Source of the DNA: Lama glama
Taxonomy: Eukaryota
Assembly (NCBI GenBank): GCA_028534125.1
Contig: CM052816.1
Coordinates: 41,232,001 to 41,296,000 of the forward strand
Length of the DNA stretch: 64,000 bases
Direction of reading: 5' to 3'
In this document: one piece after another, positions 49,991 to 60,767 of the stretch
Layout: each line of letters opens with the position of its first letter
How positions within the stretch are numbered: position 1 is the stretch's first letter
The notes under the pieces: generated by a model
Told to the model about the DNA's origin: nothing
Databases searched by the model: none
Seen by the model: only the letters and a program-made list of their open reading frames with translations
Translations under genes and position numbers: made by a program

Positions 49991-52020
49991 ATCAAGAGAT
50001 GAAGACAGGCGGAATCTTCATATCATTAAAGGCAGAATCGTTATATTATATATGAGCATGTAGAGCCACACTTTTAGGTTATAAAGCTGACAAATTCCCC
50101 ATTTTGCTAAATCCAACTCGAGTATGGTTTCCCTCCCTTCAAGTCTAGTTGACCTGCATAGAGATGTTATGTGCAAAAAGAAAAAAGAATTGCCATCCAG
50201 AGTCATCTCAGGTAAAGAAATAGTGCTCAAAAGGCTGGGAACTTGAGAAAAGGAAACCACTGAATTCACAGGCATCCTGTGGGAATGTCAACTTGGGGGT
50301 TTCTGATCATTAAATATGTTAACATCACACTATGCTTTTAATGCTTAGAAGGGATATGCATGACATATAATCATGACAAATTTTAATAAAGCAGATTTTC
50401 CTGGAGTGGTATCTACCAAACCAGTCAGGTTATTAATAAAATTTTCAATCCATTTCCTGTAGGTTAAGACAGCCAAGACGAGGATAACACAGGGATCAAA
50501 ATGATCTGAGGCAGGGCTCACCCTTATTGATCCCCACAGCTGAGACAGCTTCTATTAATGATGTCAGTGAGCGAGTGTACGAAGCACGGAAAGAACACTA
50601 GCAACTACCTTCACCACTTTGCTTAAGTCATTAAATTATTAAAGCTCCATTTCTTGGTCTTTCCCATCGCAGCAGGTTACGCAACGCTTCCTGGGATTGC
50701 TGTAAGAATGGACAGGATTGTTTTTCTCAATAACTTCAGGCTTTGGGAAAGTCAATTATTATTTATATTGTAATTCATCTCTCCTTTGCATCGTGACGTT
50801 AGGTTATAGCTATGAGGTACCTGTACTTCAGTGTGACCTCAACAGTCCTGAGCAGCCAGCAATGTGAACGCAAGTAAAGGAACACAAGTGAAAAAAGGCC
50901 AGGAGACAGTCGCTGGTTTTAGGAGGAGATTTTATACAAAGAGCTGAGTAACCCTGGACAGGTCAAATCAACTTTATGGGCCTCAGTTTCCCCTGTCTAA
51001 AATGGGTGTTTTGTGAAGTATATAAAATGGCACTGCTGAAGGGAAATGGATTTTGTGTGCAGATACTTGAGAGAACAGTTTCAGTCTAATTGTGGGGAGG
51101 GTGGGGAGAGACTTGCTGTAAGGTATTAGGAGTTAAGTAGTAAATATTTAAGTCAACATGGAGTTACACAGTCAGTGTCCCTTTTGAAGGTTAGAAGTGA
51201 AAGAAAAATTGAGTAATAGCTACAGGAAAAAGCAGAGGCAGGAGAGGGCTTTTATGAGGTAAGGAGATGTCTTTCTCTTATTCAAATGTCCTTGAGGGCT
51301 TCTCAGGGCCTTCTGTATCCTTGCATGCAGTTTTCTCTACCATCTGGTACCAGTGTATTAGCCAACCTCATCGACACTGTCTCCAGCTTTAATCTTCAAC
51401 TTCAAAAAAAATCACATCTTACTGCCACTGAACTTGTCACTCCCATAACTGACTCCAGATATTTTTTATGCCATTTTCTCCATCTGGAATGCCTTTTCAT
51501 CCTGACTCCTTGGCTTTGGATAAATTCTAGCCTTTCTTTAGGATCCTCTATAATTTATGTCTTGTATTACACGATTTCTGGTACAGTTCACAGTAAGCAC
51601 TCAGTCAGTGTTAGGTGTGATGAGGATGTTGATGGCAATTCCAAATATCTCAACTAATTTAGCCCACAATAGTGTGAATGTGTGTATATGTGTACACACA
51701 TATATATAATTTTTATTATTTATAAAATGGCTAGACTATGTTTCATTATGTCATACTTCTTTGTCCTGACTGTGCCAGAAAAACATTCTAACTTGTTAGA
51801 TATCAGAGATAGTGTCACATGCCTTTTTTGTATCCCTTAACTTTCTAGCTTACTACATAATATAGACCACCAATAAATACTGATTTAAAAATGAATTTAG
51901 CTTCAAATTATTGTTTAGCTTCCATTATGCAGATGAGCTCTCCATCCCCAAAAGTTGGCTGTTCCTAATCTTTTGTGACTTTTTCTATTTGCTCCTGCTT
52001 TCCAAGGTCATTCAAAGGTT

Positions 52021-52188
52021 GTCTATTTCATTGAATCTCAGACACTATTGACTTTAAGAGGCACTGTCATGCCATGCACTACTATACTGTCAGTTATACC
52101 ATAACACGCTACCACTTACAGCATCCCCATTTCAAGGATGTTTGAAAAAAATGAAAATACGCCTCTTAGAATTGATGCAATATGACAG
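52021..52188. mobile_element. Ancient TcMar-Tigger-type MITE
   Basis: Degenerate TIRs ctatttcattgaatctcaga ... tcttagaattgatgcaatatg. Confidence 0.5.
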
Positions 52189-52488
52189 TTAACCTAGGGA
52201 ACACTGTTATAGAACACTGAGAATTTGTTAGCTGTCATTTATTGTAAAAGGCTTCACAGGGGTCTTCCCTAAATAAAACATATTTCTGGAGACAATTATT
52301 TCAAAGGCCTTTAACTTTCAATTTCTTAAAGTTTTATCAAGACAATCTGATTGAAAATTAGAAATCTGTCCTAATATGGAAAAATTCTGAGTTTGCTTTC
52401 CTTGTTGAAGACACCTGCTAAACTTCTGCATCATTCATCCATAACTAAAGTTTATATACTTTGTCATACAAATGAAATTTAAAATTCA

Positions 52489-52538
52489 CACACTAGTTAC
52501 ATATCACCTACTAGTTTTCTATCACACTAGTTACATAT
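52489..52538. repeat. Three-copy 16-18-bp tandem repeat
   Basis: cacactagttacatat / cacctactagttttctat / cacactagttacatat. Confidence 0.85.
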
Positions 52539-52874
52539 TACAGTAAGAATGCTAGACATGTACTGCATCCACAGAGGAGCATACATGGCATGAAACTAAT
52601 GGAGAAGTATTTTGAGATCTGGAATTACTGTTGATGATGTCAAGAGAGTGACAGCATCTCCTATAGGTGACAAACCTAAGGTGAATGCCAGCTCATACCC
52701 ATAAGAATTCTAAGGCAAGTGAGACTGACAACTGTAAGCCTTACTTCTCTGTAAGAAATGATATTTTGATAAATTATGAGGCATATGAACAGTGGAAGTC
52801 TTAAGTCCAACTCTGACTAAACTTACTGAACTCTTCCTGAATTTATCAGCCAGACATTAAAAGCACCCATATGG

Positions 52875-53597
52875 AAGCTTCCTACACTGTTGGTAGGAAT
52901 GTAGTTTAGTGCAGCCATTAGGAAGACAGTATGGAAATTCCTCAAACAACTAAAAACAGACTTGCCATATGATCCAGCAATCCCACTCCTGGGCATATAT
53001 CTGGAGGGAACTCTAATTCGAAAAGATGCATGTATCCCAATGTTCATAGCAGCACTATATACAACAGCCAAGACATGGAATCAACCTAAATGTCATTGAC
53101 AGATGACTGGATAAAGAAGTTGTGGTATATTTATACAATGGAATACGACTCAGCCATAAAAAAGAATAAAATAATGCCATTTGCAGCAACATGGATGGAC
53201 TTGGAGATCATCATTCTAAGTGAAATAAGCCGGGGGGGGGTGGGGTAGAATATGACACCACTCACATGTGGAATCTGAAAAAAAGACACAAATGAATTTA
53301 GTTACACAACAGAAACAGACTCACAGAGAGCACAAACTTATGGTTACCAGAGAGGAAAGGCAGTGGGAAGGGATAAATTGGGAATTTGAGATTTTCAGAT
53401 ACTAACTACTACATATAAAATAAACAATAAGTTTCTTCTATATAGCACAGGGAATTATATTCAATATCTTGTAGTAATCTATAATGAAAAAGAATATGAG
53501 AAGGAATATATGTATGTAAATGTTTGAATGAAACATTATGTTGTAATCAGAAATTGACACAACATTGTAAACTCACTATACTTCAATTTTTTTTTAG
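52875..53597 (+). mobile_element. Young 5'-truncated L1 (ORF2 C-terminus plus 3'UTR)
   Basis: Plus-strand translation KTVWKFLKQLKTDLPYDPAIPLLGIYLEGTLIRKDACIPMFIAALYTTAKTWNQPKC is the L1 ORF2p C-terminus. The 3'UTR ends actcactatacttcaa; TSD aaagcacccata. Confidence 0.95.
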
Positions 53598-53609
53598 AAA
53601 GCACCCATA

Positions 53610-53672
53610 AACTGACTATACTTCAATTTTAAAAAAAAATCTTTTCAACTCTGACATTACTTTAAAAAAAAA
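53610..53672 (+). mobile_element. Second, extremely truncated L1 3' end plus a short unique tag and poly(A)
   Basis: actgactatacttcaatttt-A9-tcttttcaactctgacattacttt-poly(A), lying between two further copies of the target site. Confidence 0.65.
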
Positions 53673-54320
53673 AAAAGCACCCTTATGGCCTGATGATTAC
53701 CTGCCACCCAGAAAAGCAATTGCACCAAGAGAATGGGTTTATCTGATTGGATGACCTGATTTCTTTTAGGGCTAACAACTCTTTCAACTGCTTGACAAGG
53801 CTTTAGTCCATCTGTTGGAGGTTTTCCTATCAACTACATAGCAGGCTAATTCTCAAAAGCTTAGTACAGACCAGGCAATCATTACAGAGCATTTGTAACT
53901 TTGAAACACAGAATTTATTCCTGAACTATGCTTTTATATTAATTTTCTTTTTCAATACATAGTATTTTTACTTTCCTGAATGATTTAACCCCTTAAATTA
54001 GATCAGGTCTTTCCTAAGCAATAAAGTTGTAAAACATAAGTAACTACTTGCTATAAAGATTCCTTGTGTCTAGTGGGACTTTTGACATTTCCATGAGAGT
54101 TTAAATAAATACCATTTGACTAAGGACATGACTTTATGTTTACCAGATGTAATTTTGTCTGTGTTAGTGCTGAGAGGTCAACCAAAATTTTATTCTGTAT
54201 GATCAGCTACAGTAGAGCTCTAAGAATATTGGTATTCCTACATTTCTGACCAACTATTTTGAGTGCTAGCTTGAATTATTAAAGACAATGTAGACATATT
54301 ACAAAAAGTCTGAATCCCAT

Positions 54321-54514
54321 AGGGATGAGCCAACCATGACCTGCAGACCAGATCAGGCAGCTGCCCTTTTTTGTACAGGCTGCTAAGAATGGTTTTTGCA
54401 TGTTGAAATATTTTAAATGGTCATATAAGTACACCTACACGATATCCTTGATTTGCCTCTTGACCCAGAAAAACTAAAATGTTACCTGTCTGGTTCTTGA
54501 CAAAAAGCTTCCTG
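54321..54514 (-). mobile_element. hAT-Charlie MITE (MER58-like)
   Basis: aggga..gccaaccatgacctgcagaccagatcaggcagctgcc.ttttttgta, gctaagaatggttttt, ctaaaatgttacctgtctgg, cctgctctag. Confidence 0.7.
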
Positions 54515-55451
54515 CTCTAGAACATCACTAAGTACATGCCTTCTCACTGGGGAAGTTCTGTGCTTCCTCTGCACAGATGCCCTAGACCCCAATATACATC
54601 AGTATATTTTATATATTGTGGCTTTCAAATTCCCAAAGATTCAGTCACACAGCTGTGTTACTCCGCAGGACTAGATTCTGCAGGGGGTCTGTATAAGGCA
54701 GTCATCTGAACAATTAACTTCTGTGAACCCTTCTTTCTACAGTTTATGAATGTAGAAGTAGAGATAGAAGATAGATGAGTAGCTGGACAAGCAGCTCCCA
54801 CCAAGCACAGTTATCAGAACCACACTCTGTTGCTCTTTCCCTGTATCTTACCAGCCATGAGCTTTTAGGCACATACTCAGGTACTATCCTCATGTTTCTA
54901 TCCAGCCCAGAATCTCACACCCCTCCCCCAGGACAAATTTTGTTTGTTTTTATCTAGTTCCTATGGAGCAAATGCTTTTTATTTTGTGAACTCTGGTTTG
55001 CTTCCTTAATGGATGTGCTTTCACAAGGGTGCGGCTTAAGTCTTCAGTTGTTCAGCTACTATGACTGAGTGCTATGATTGAAACAGAACAACCACCTAGG
55101 ATGTGAAAGCTACAATTGTGCCTGATGCCTGTACAGTTCTTGAAAACTGCACAGCTTCCTAATGATCTTTAGCTGGGGGCAACTTTCCAAAAGCTGTATC
55201 TAAGAGTTCACAGAACCAAGTTCGGGGCTCTACACTGATGCCAAGCAGAAGGTTGAGAACAGAACCAGGTCAGATAACTGCAATTTTAGATAACCAAAAT
55301 TTTCTAACATGTAGATCCTAATAGTTCACAGTAGTAAAAGGACACAGTGTTTTAATTCAAATATAAAAATACTTTAATAAATTTTATAATTTACAAATGA
55401 AGCCTGAAACGTAGGTACTAGAAAAATCCACTAAGTCTATTTTCTATGTGT

Positions 55452-55810
55452 AAAATACAATATGATATCACTTAAATGTGGAATCTAAAAAAAAGACACT
55501 TATTTACAAAACAGAAACAAACTCAGACATAGAAAACAAATTTATGGTTATGGGTGGGGTGAACAGGTGGGAAGGGATAAACTGGGAGTTCGAGATTTGC
55601 AAATACTAACTAATATATAAAATAGATAAACAAGTTCATACCGTATAGCACTGGGAACTATATTCAATATCTTATGGTAACTAATGGTGAAAGAGAATAT
55701 GAACACAAATATATGTATGTTCACATATGACTGAAGCATTATGCTGTACACCAGAAATAGACACAAAAACTGACTATACTTTAACACAAATGTATATTTT
55801 TTTAAAAAGA
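55452..55810 (+). mobile_element. Young 5'-truncated L1 3'UTR
   Basis: tatgatatcacttaaatgtggaatctaaaa, gggaagggataaactgggagttcgagatttgc, aactatattcaatatctt, actgactatactt. Confidence 0.92.
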
Positions 55811-56870
55811 TGACCTTCAAAAAAAAATAGAATTTATTAACTCTGACTAAAATGCAACATCACTTAAACACTGGCATCTGTGAGGAAACCTGAACTTTAC
55901 CCACATAAACTAGTAGAGATTAGGTACCAAGTACAAAAAAATAAAACAGGATTTAAATTTCTAAAAGAAGTTTAATATGACAATCAGCTGAAAGGTTACC
56001 GATCACATCACTATATGCTCATTTATTCAACCAATTTCAGTACATGTGTAACTGGTAATAGCAGACTTTTCCAAGTGCTTTTGTACACTTACATGTTTTT
56101 TATGACTCAGGTCTATAAAACAGCACGAGGAGAAAATTATCCAGGAGACAAGTTGTTCACCCGGGCAAGTAAGCTGTAAGGGACTTTGTCAAACTTTAAC
56201 CACTGTTTCCTACTGAATTGCCAATGACACCTGGTGCCTCACATTCGATATTATATTTCATAGAAGGTGTCCCTGCCTTTTGATAAGTGAAAAAGTGGTC
56301 ATTAACCACAAAGAAACAATCAACTTGCCAGCAGAGTGGTACTCTGAATCTTAACAGAGGAGAATTAAAATAAACACTCAAGTGGAAAATATCACAAGAT
56401 AGAAGAGTGCCACCTTCTGTTCCCCATAGGAGTGCTGAATCATTTATCAAAGGATAAAAGGAGAGAAAGAAAAAAAACACGGAGATTTGAGCACTAGCAG
56501 AGATCCTACTAGAGTTAATTAACACATTAAAAGAAAAGAAAAACTTCTGCTTTAAAAAAAGCATCTCAAAATTCTTCATTTGTATTCAAAGATGACAACT
56601 GTCTTTCTTATAGAAGTAATATGATCCCATTAACCCTATTTTTCTGTAAATAAAAGAGCAATACTTTTCTTTCCAGATCAGACAGTTTGAGACTGCATGA
56701 TAACAATCTTTGCAAGACCACTACATCATAAGCAAAGTTCTTCTTCATTAAGGGTACCTGTTTACTTCTGTGTATTTCTAATTAAAAAACATCCACTCCT
56801 ACAAACAACAGAGAGGCACCACACTTTCTGGAAATTCAAGCTAATTCTTCAGTTAACTACTGATACTTAC

Positions 56871-56906
56871 GATGAGGCAGTTGAATTTGCCGTTGTCGCA
56901 TATAAC
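56871..56906 (-). CDS. Candidate internal 36-nt coding microexon of an unidentified minus-strand gene
   Basis: Minus strand reads tggttttccctttttAG|GTTATATGCGACAACGGCAAATTCAACTGCCTCATC|GTAAGT. It has a strong acceptor and consensus donor, a length divisible by 3, all three frames open (VICDNGKFNCLI; LYATTANSTAS; YMRQRQIQLPH), and retained CpGs in CpG-poor DNA. Confidence 0.6.
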
Positions 56907-57949
56907 CTAAAAAGGGAAAACCATTTTACACCGATTTTAATGATCCAGTGAAAAACATTCACTGTACGGAAAAACATTCTTTCAAAATATGGCTTTCTTA
57001 AACTGTAATTATCAAGGTGATAACCGGGGTTTAAAAAGAGCTTTACAAATAATTAGGTTTTTCTTTTCAAAATAAGACGTTCAATTTATGATGCATGTGA
57101 CATAACTGCATTTAGCTACAAGAGTCATGTGTTTGTATCATTTGCATTTATTATTGATACTCTCCCTTTGACTGTGTTCCTGAGTAGTAGCACAATCAAC
57201 AAGTTTGCACACATTTTTTGTTAATACTGCTCTATTTGAGTCTGTACTCAGATGTCGTCACTATCCATGGCCAGAATAGCCACCGGCCACTGTATGCTCA
57301 GCTCTGTTGAGGGACAGTGATCACAGTAACCAAGAACTACCTCTTTACTGAAAGCAGAGGATACTGAAATGCACAGTACGGAAAAGATAGTAAAAACAAA
57401 GTATTCAATGTTTTATTTGTCGTTGCCGAATGTGTATTTCTTCAAGGACAAAGGATGATTCCAGGTATTATTTCCCAAAGAACATTAAGGAAAAAGATAC
57501 TGGAGAAATAGAAAATACTGCAAATTCAAAGACCAGCATTAAGTCCTTTGCGGTTTCCTTGCCTCCAGTAGATACAGCTACTCCGTTTTCTCTGCGTAAC
57601 AGAACCCCCACAGCCAACAAACTAGCTCTCTCTTAACCTAATTCTAACTCGAGGTTTTACAAAACTTGACATCAACGTAAAACCAAACTGACAGTCTTGG
57701 GATTATCAACAGCAAGAACCAGAGAATTCACGTGTATCGAAATGTATTTACCGTAATGTATTTCTGGTTTTAACATAGGGTTTACCTCCCCACCCACCTC
57801 CCCAACCCTGCCCAACCTATGAAACCGAAAGTAAAAAACATTACAAAGAAAATTTAAGATAGACAATTAAGAAATGTCAACAGCAAAAAGAAGTAAACAG
57901 AATTTTTAGAAGCTACAAGGCTGATGGACATGAACAAATCCGAAATGCC

Positions 57950-58400
57950 CAATAGAAAAAACTGTGGTCTAAACAAGCTCACATACCCTCACAGTAACAA
58001 AATGGCCAAAATGTACTGCAGCTGTTCATAGCATGGATAAATCTAATGGTCGTAATATTCAGCAAAGAAGACAGTCCCAAATGATTATGTATAATCTATT
58101 TCCATTGACATCAAGCTCAAGAGGAGGCAAAGCTGAAATCTGTTACTTAGAGAAGCATTCATAAGGAGTAAAAACACAAAAGCAATAAAGTGATTATCAA
58201 AAACAGCAGACAAGTGGTTAACTTTAAAGGAGAAGGTAGTAACATCTCTGAGGAATATTCAGGAACTTCTTTGGAGCCAGCATTGTGCTATTTATTGACA
58301 CAACTGTGGTTAAACTACTGTCATTTTAAAATTGTTACACAACACATGAATTCTTTATATACTTTACTGTAGATGTTCTTTATCATTATTTAAAGGCTAA
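57950..58400 (+). mobile_element. Ancient L1 (L1ME-like) 3'UTR
   Basis: catggataaatctaa, attccattgacatcaagctcaagaggaggcaaagct, gtgctatttattgac. Confidence 0.55.
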
Positions 58401-58844
58401 AAGCAAACGTATACAGGTGACAACAAATGCAACAAACCAGAGCAAGCTCAGGCAACACATTCAAAATTATAGGGAAAAAAACATACCTTTTCCCAGTACA
58501 GATTTCTATACCCAGGCAAATATCCATCAAACATGAGGGTAGCACAAAGACATTTCACACACTCCAGGTCTGAAAAACGAGACTCCCCACTTACTCTTTT
58601 TCCAAAAGCTACTGGTTTTTCAAAAGCAAAGCAAACAAAAACTAAGGCAGTTACTACAGGGAAAATCAGCATTTGACCACGACATTATACGTTTCACCTG
58701 TGAAAGATATGAAAAGGCCCTGAAAACGTAAAAACTGAACTTAAACATAACCAATATTGTGACACATATCCCAAGTGGAAAAACTGAGGAGACATGATTA
58801 AATCTTCACCTCTGATACCATAAAATTCACTGCTAATAACTACT

Positions 58845-59316
58845 TTAATTTCCTATCACTGGTAAAACAAAGTATCACAACTTCAGCAGCTTACATCAAG
58901 ATAAACTTAGTAACTTACAGTTCTGGAGGTCAGAAGTCCAAAACGGATCTCACTGGGCCAAAACCAAGGTGTGCAGCAGGTCTGTGGTCTCTCCTGGAGA
59001 TTCTAGGGAAAAATTTGTTTTCTTACTTTTTCAGGCTTCTAGACGCTGCCCCGCTCCTGCAGCTTCAAAGCAAGCAGTGACCAGAAAGCCCTTCCCACAA
59101 TGCATCACACTAACACGGGCTCTTCAGCCTGCTCTTCTGTATTTAAAGGGACCAGTGATTACAGTGACCCCACCTGCATAACCCAGGCTGGTTTTATTTT
59201 AAGGCCAGATGATTAGCACCTGCAACTCGATTTGCTTCTTGCTACTAACAACATATTCAAAGTGTCTGGGGATTAGGATGGAGACATATTGGGGGATCAC
59301 TATTCTGCCTATCGCA
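58845..59316 (-). mobile_element. MaLR solo LTR (MLT1C/D-like)
   Basis: cttacagttctggaggtcagaagtccaaa..tctcactgggc.aaaaccaaggtgtgcagcagg, ttctagggaaaa, ggggattaggatggagacat, tattctgcctatcgca. Confidence 0.88.
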
Positions 59317-59573
59317 ATACATAAAACTGAAAATCAAGAATCTTATTGTGAAGTATAGAGGTAAATGCCAAAGGAACTAACTGGAGATACTGAAAATGGT
59401 TGCATCTACAGAGGAAAACTGGAGAGTGGAGAAGGCTGGAGCAAGTGATTACTGCATTTCATCATTAGACTTGTAAAATGACTTGACTTTATAAGTGATA
59501 TATAGGAAATACTTCCCTAAAATAAAAAAAAAAAGAAATTTTTACAGTCTGTTTCTCTTTCCTTCTAAGTACC

Positions 59574-59911
59574 TGTCGGCAGCCTTAAGTGAATAGGCCA
59601 TGGGGCCCAGGTCAAAGTTCACAATAGCTTGCACCTGGTAAGGGGTAAAAATGTACGCATGCGCTGGTAGCATGAGAGCGCATTATGAACAATAGGCATG
59701 CGCCAGCTGCATGAGTCAGCATTATGAACACTACGCATGTGCCACTAGCATTATAAAAGGACAAGTGCATACACCTGAGCACTGCCTGCCGCCCGCACCA
59801 TCTTGTTCTACTGGAATAAGGTGCCGTTTCATTCCTTGTCAGTCCCTCGCACATTTTTCCAGTTGGGCAGCTCTCCTCCTCGAACCCCTCCCCAGCCCCC
59901 CTCCGCTGACA
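59574..59911 (+). mobile_element. Young 338-bp solo LTR of an unassigned ERV family
   Basis: TGTCGGC...GCTGACA inverted termini, exact 5-bp TSD gtacc (59569-59573 / 59912-59916), 39-bp tandem repeats, TATA tataaaa (59752), variant poly(A) signal aataag, and high CpG content. Confidence 0.88.
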
Positions 59912-60027
59912 GTACCCATCAGAGGCATCCACAAGATAGGTTTCTGAAGCCATTATCACAAACGAGAGTTTGAACGTGAAGCCTCTGATTTGCAAGACGT
60001 ATATTTTCATTGACAGAAAAAAAGCTC

Positions 60028-60420
60028 ATTAGTATGATAATCTCAAGGTCCATCCATGTTACAGCAAATATTATTTCAGTCATTTTTGTGGCTAAGTAGT
60101 ATTCCATTGTCAATATATACTTCATTGTCTGTAATCATCTGTCAGTGGACATTTAGGTTGCTTCCATGCCTTGGCTGTTGTAAATAGTGCTATGAACATT
60201 GGGGTGCGTATATCTTTTCAAATTAGAGTTTCCTCTGGATACAAGCCCAGGAGTGGAACTGCGGGAGCATATGATAACACTATTTTTAATTTTTTAAAGA
60301 ATCTCCATACTGTTTTTCCATAGTAGCTAATCAAATTACTTTCTCATATAACTGAATCACTATGCTGTATATCAGAAACTAACACAACATTGTAAATCAA
60401 CTATACTTCAATCAAAAAAA
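60028..60420 (+). mobile_element. 5'-inverted (twin-primed) truncated L1
   Basis: 60028 to about 60346 is antisense L1 ORF2-end sequence. About 60347-60420 is the sense 3' terminus (tgtaaatcaactatacttcaa plus poly A). TSD aaaaaaa(g)ctc on both sides. Confidence 0.85.
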
Positions 60421-60752
60421 AAAAAAACTCTAGTCTGAAGGAGAGGCACTGAAGGAAGATTAGCACTAGTCTGTTCCCATCATAAAAAGTCTAGAAAGAG
60501 GGTGAGGAAAAGTCAGATGAGCGTTTCTCCAGGAGACCAAGTGAGAGTCATCTGGCTAAGAGGTAAAGAATTGGGCTTTGAGTTCTAGGACAAGACACTA
60601 ATAAATTTGGTGGGGGTGGGGAGAGCACGAATGTGGAAAGAAGAAAGTCAGCCCTGTCCAGAGTTCATAGCAGGGAAATTCGTGCAAGTAGAAGAAGCAA
60701 AGCCTACAAACTGCCCGTCACCTGTCCTGTAATAAATATCTTAGCCCTCCTA

Positions 60753-60767
60753 GCTGCCATCTGGTGA
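60753..60767 (-). promoter_or_regulatory. CTCF-like motif
   Basis: Minus strand TCACCAGATGGCAGC versus core consensus CCASYAGRKGGCRS (1 mismatch). Motif match only. Confidence 0.35.

Noticed and set aside
52823..53071. 82-aa minus-strand ORF
   Set aside because: It is the antisense translation of the L1 ORF2 end.
56196..56579. 127-aa minus-strand ORF
   Set aside because: F/S/L-rich low-complexity translation with no recognisable domain or exon boundaries.
59654..59758. Short direct repeats as a CRISPR-like array (also 23178, 26300 and 52489)
   Set aside because: Only 2-3 head-to-tail copies, no unique spacers, no cas genes, and a eukaryotic context.
59612..60010. 132-aa ORF with an internal peptide repeat (FIMxxHA)
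   Set aside because: It lies over the solo LTR, and the peptide repeat simply reflects the 39-bp U3 repeats.
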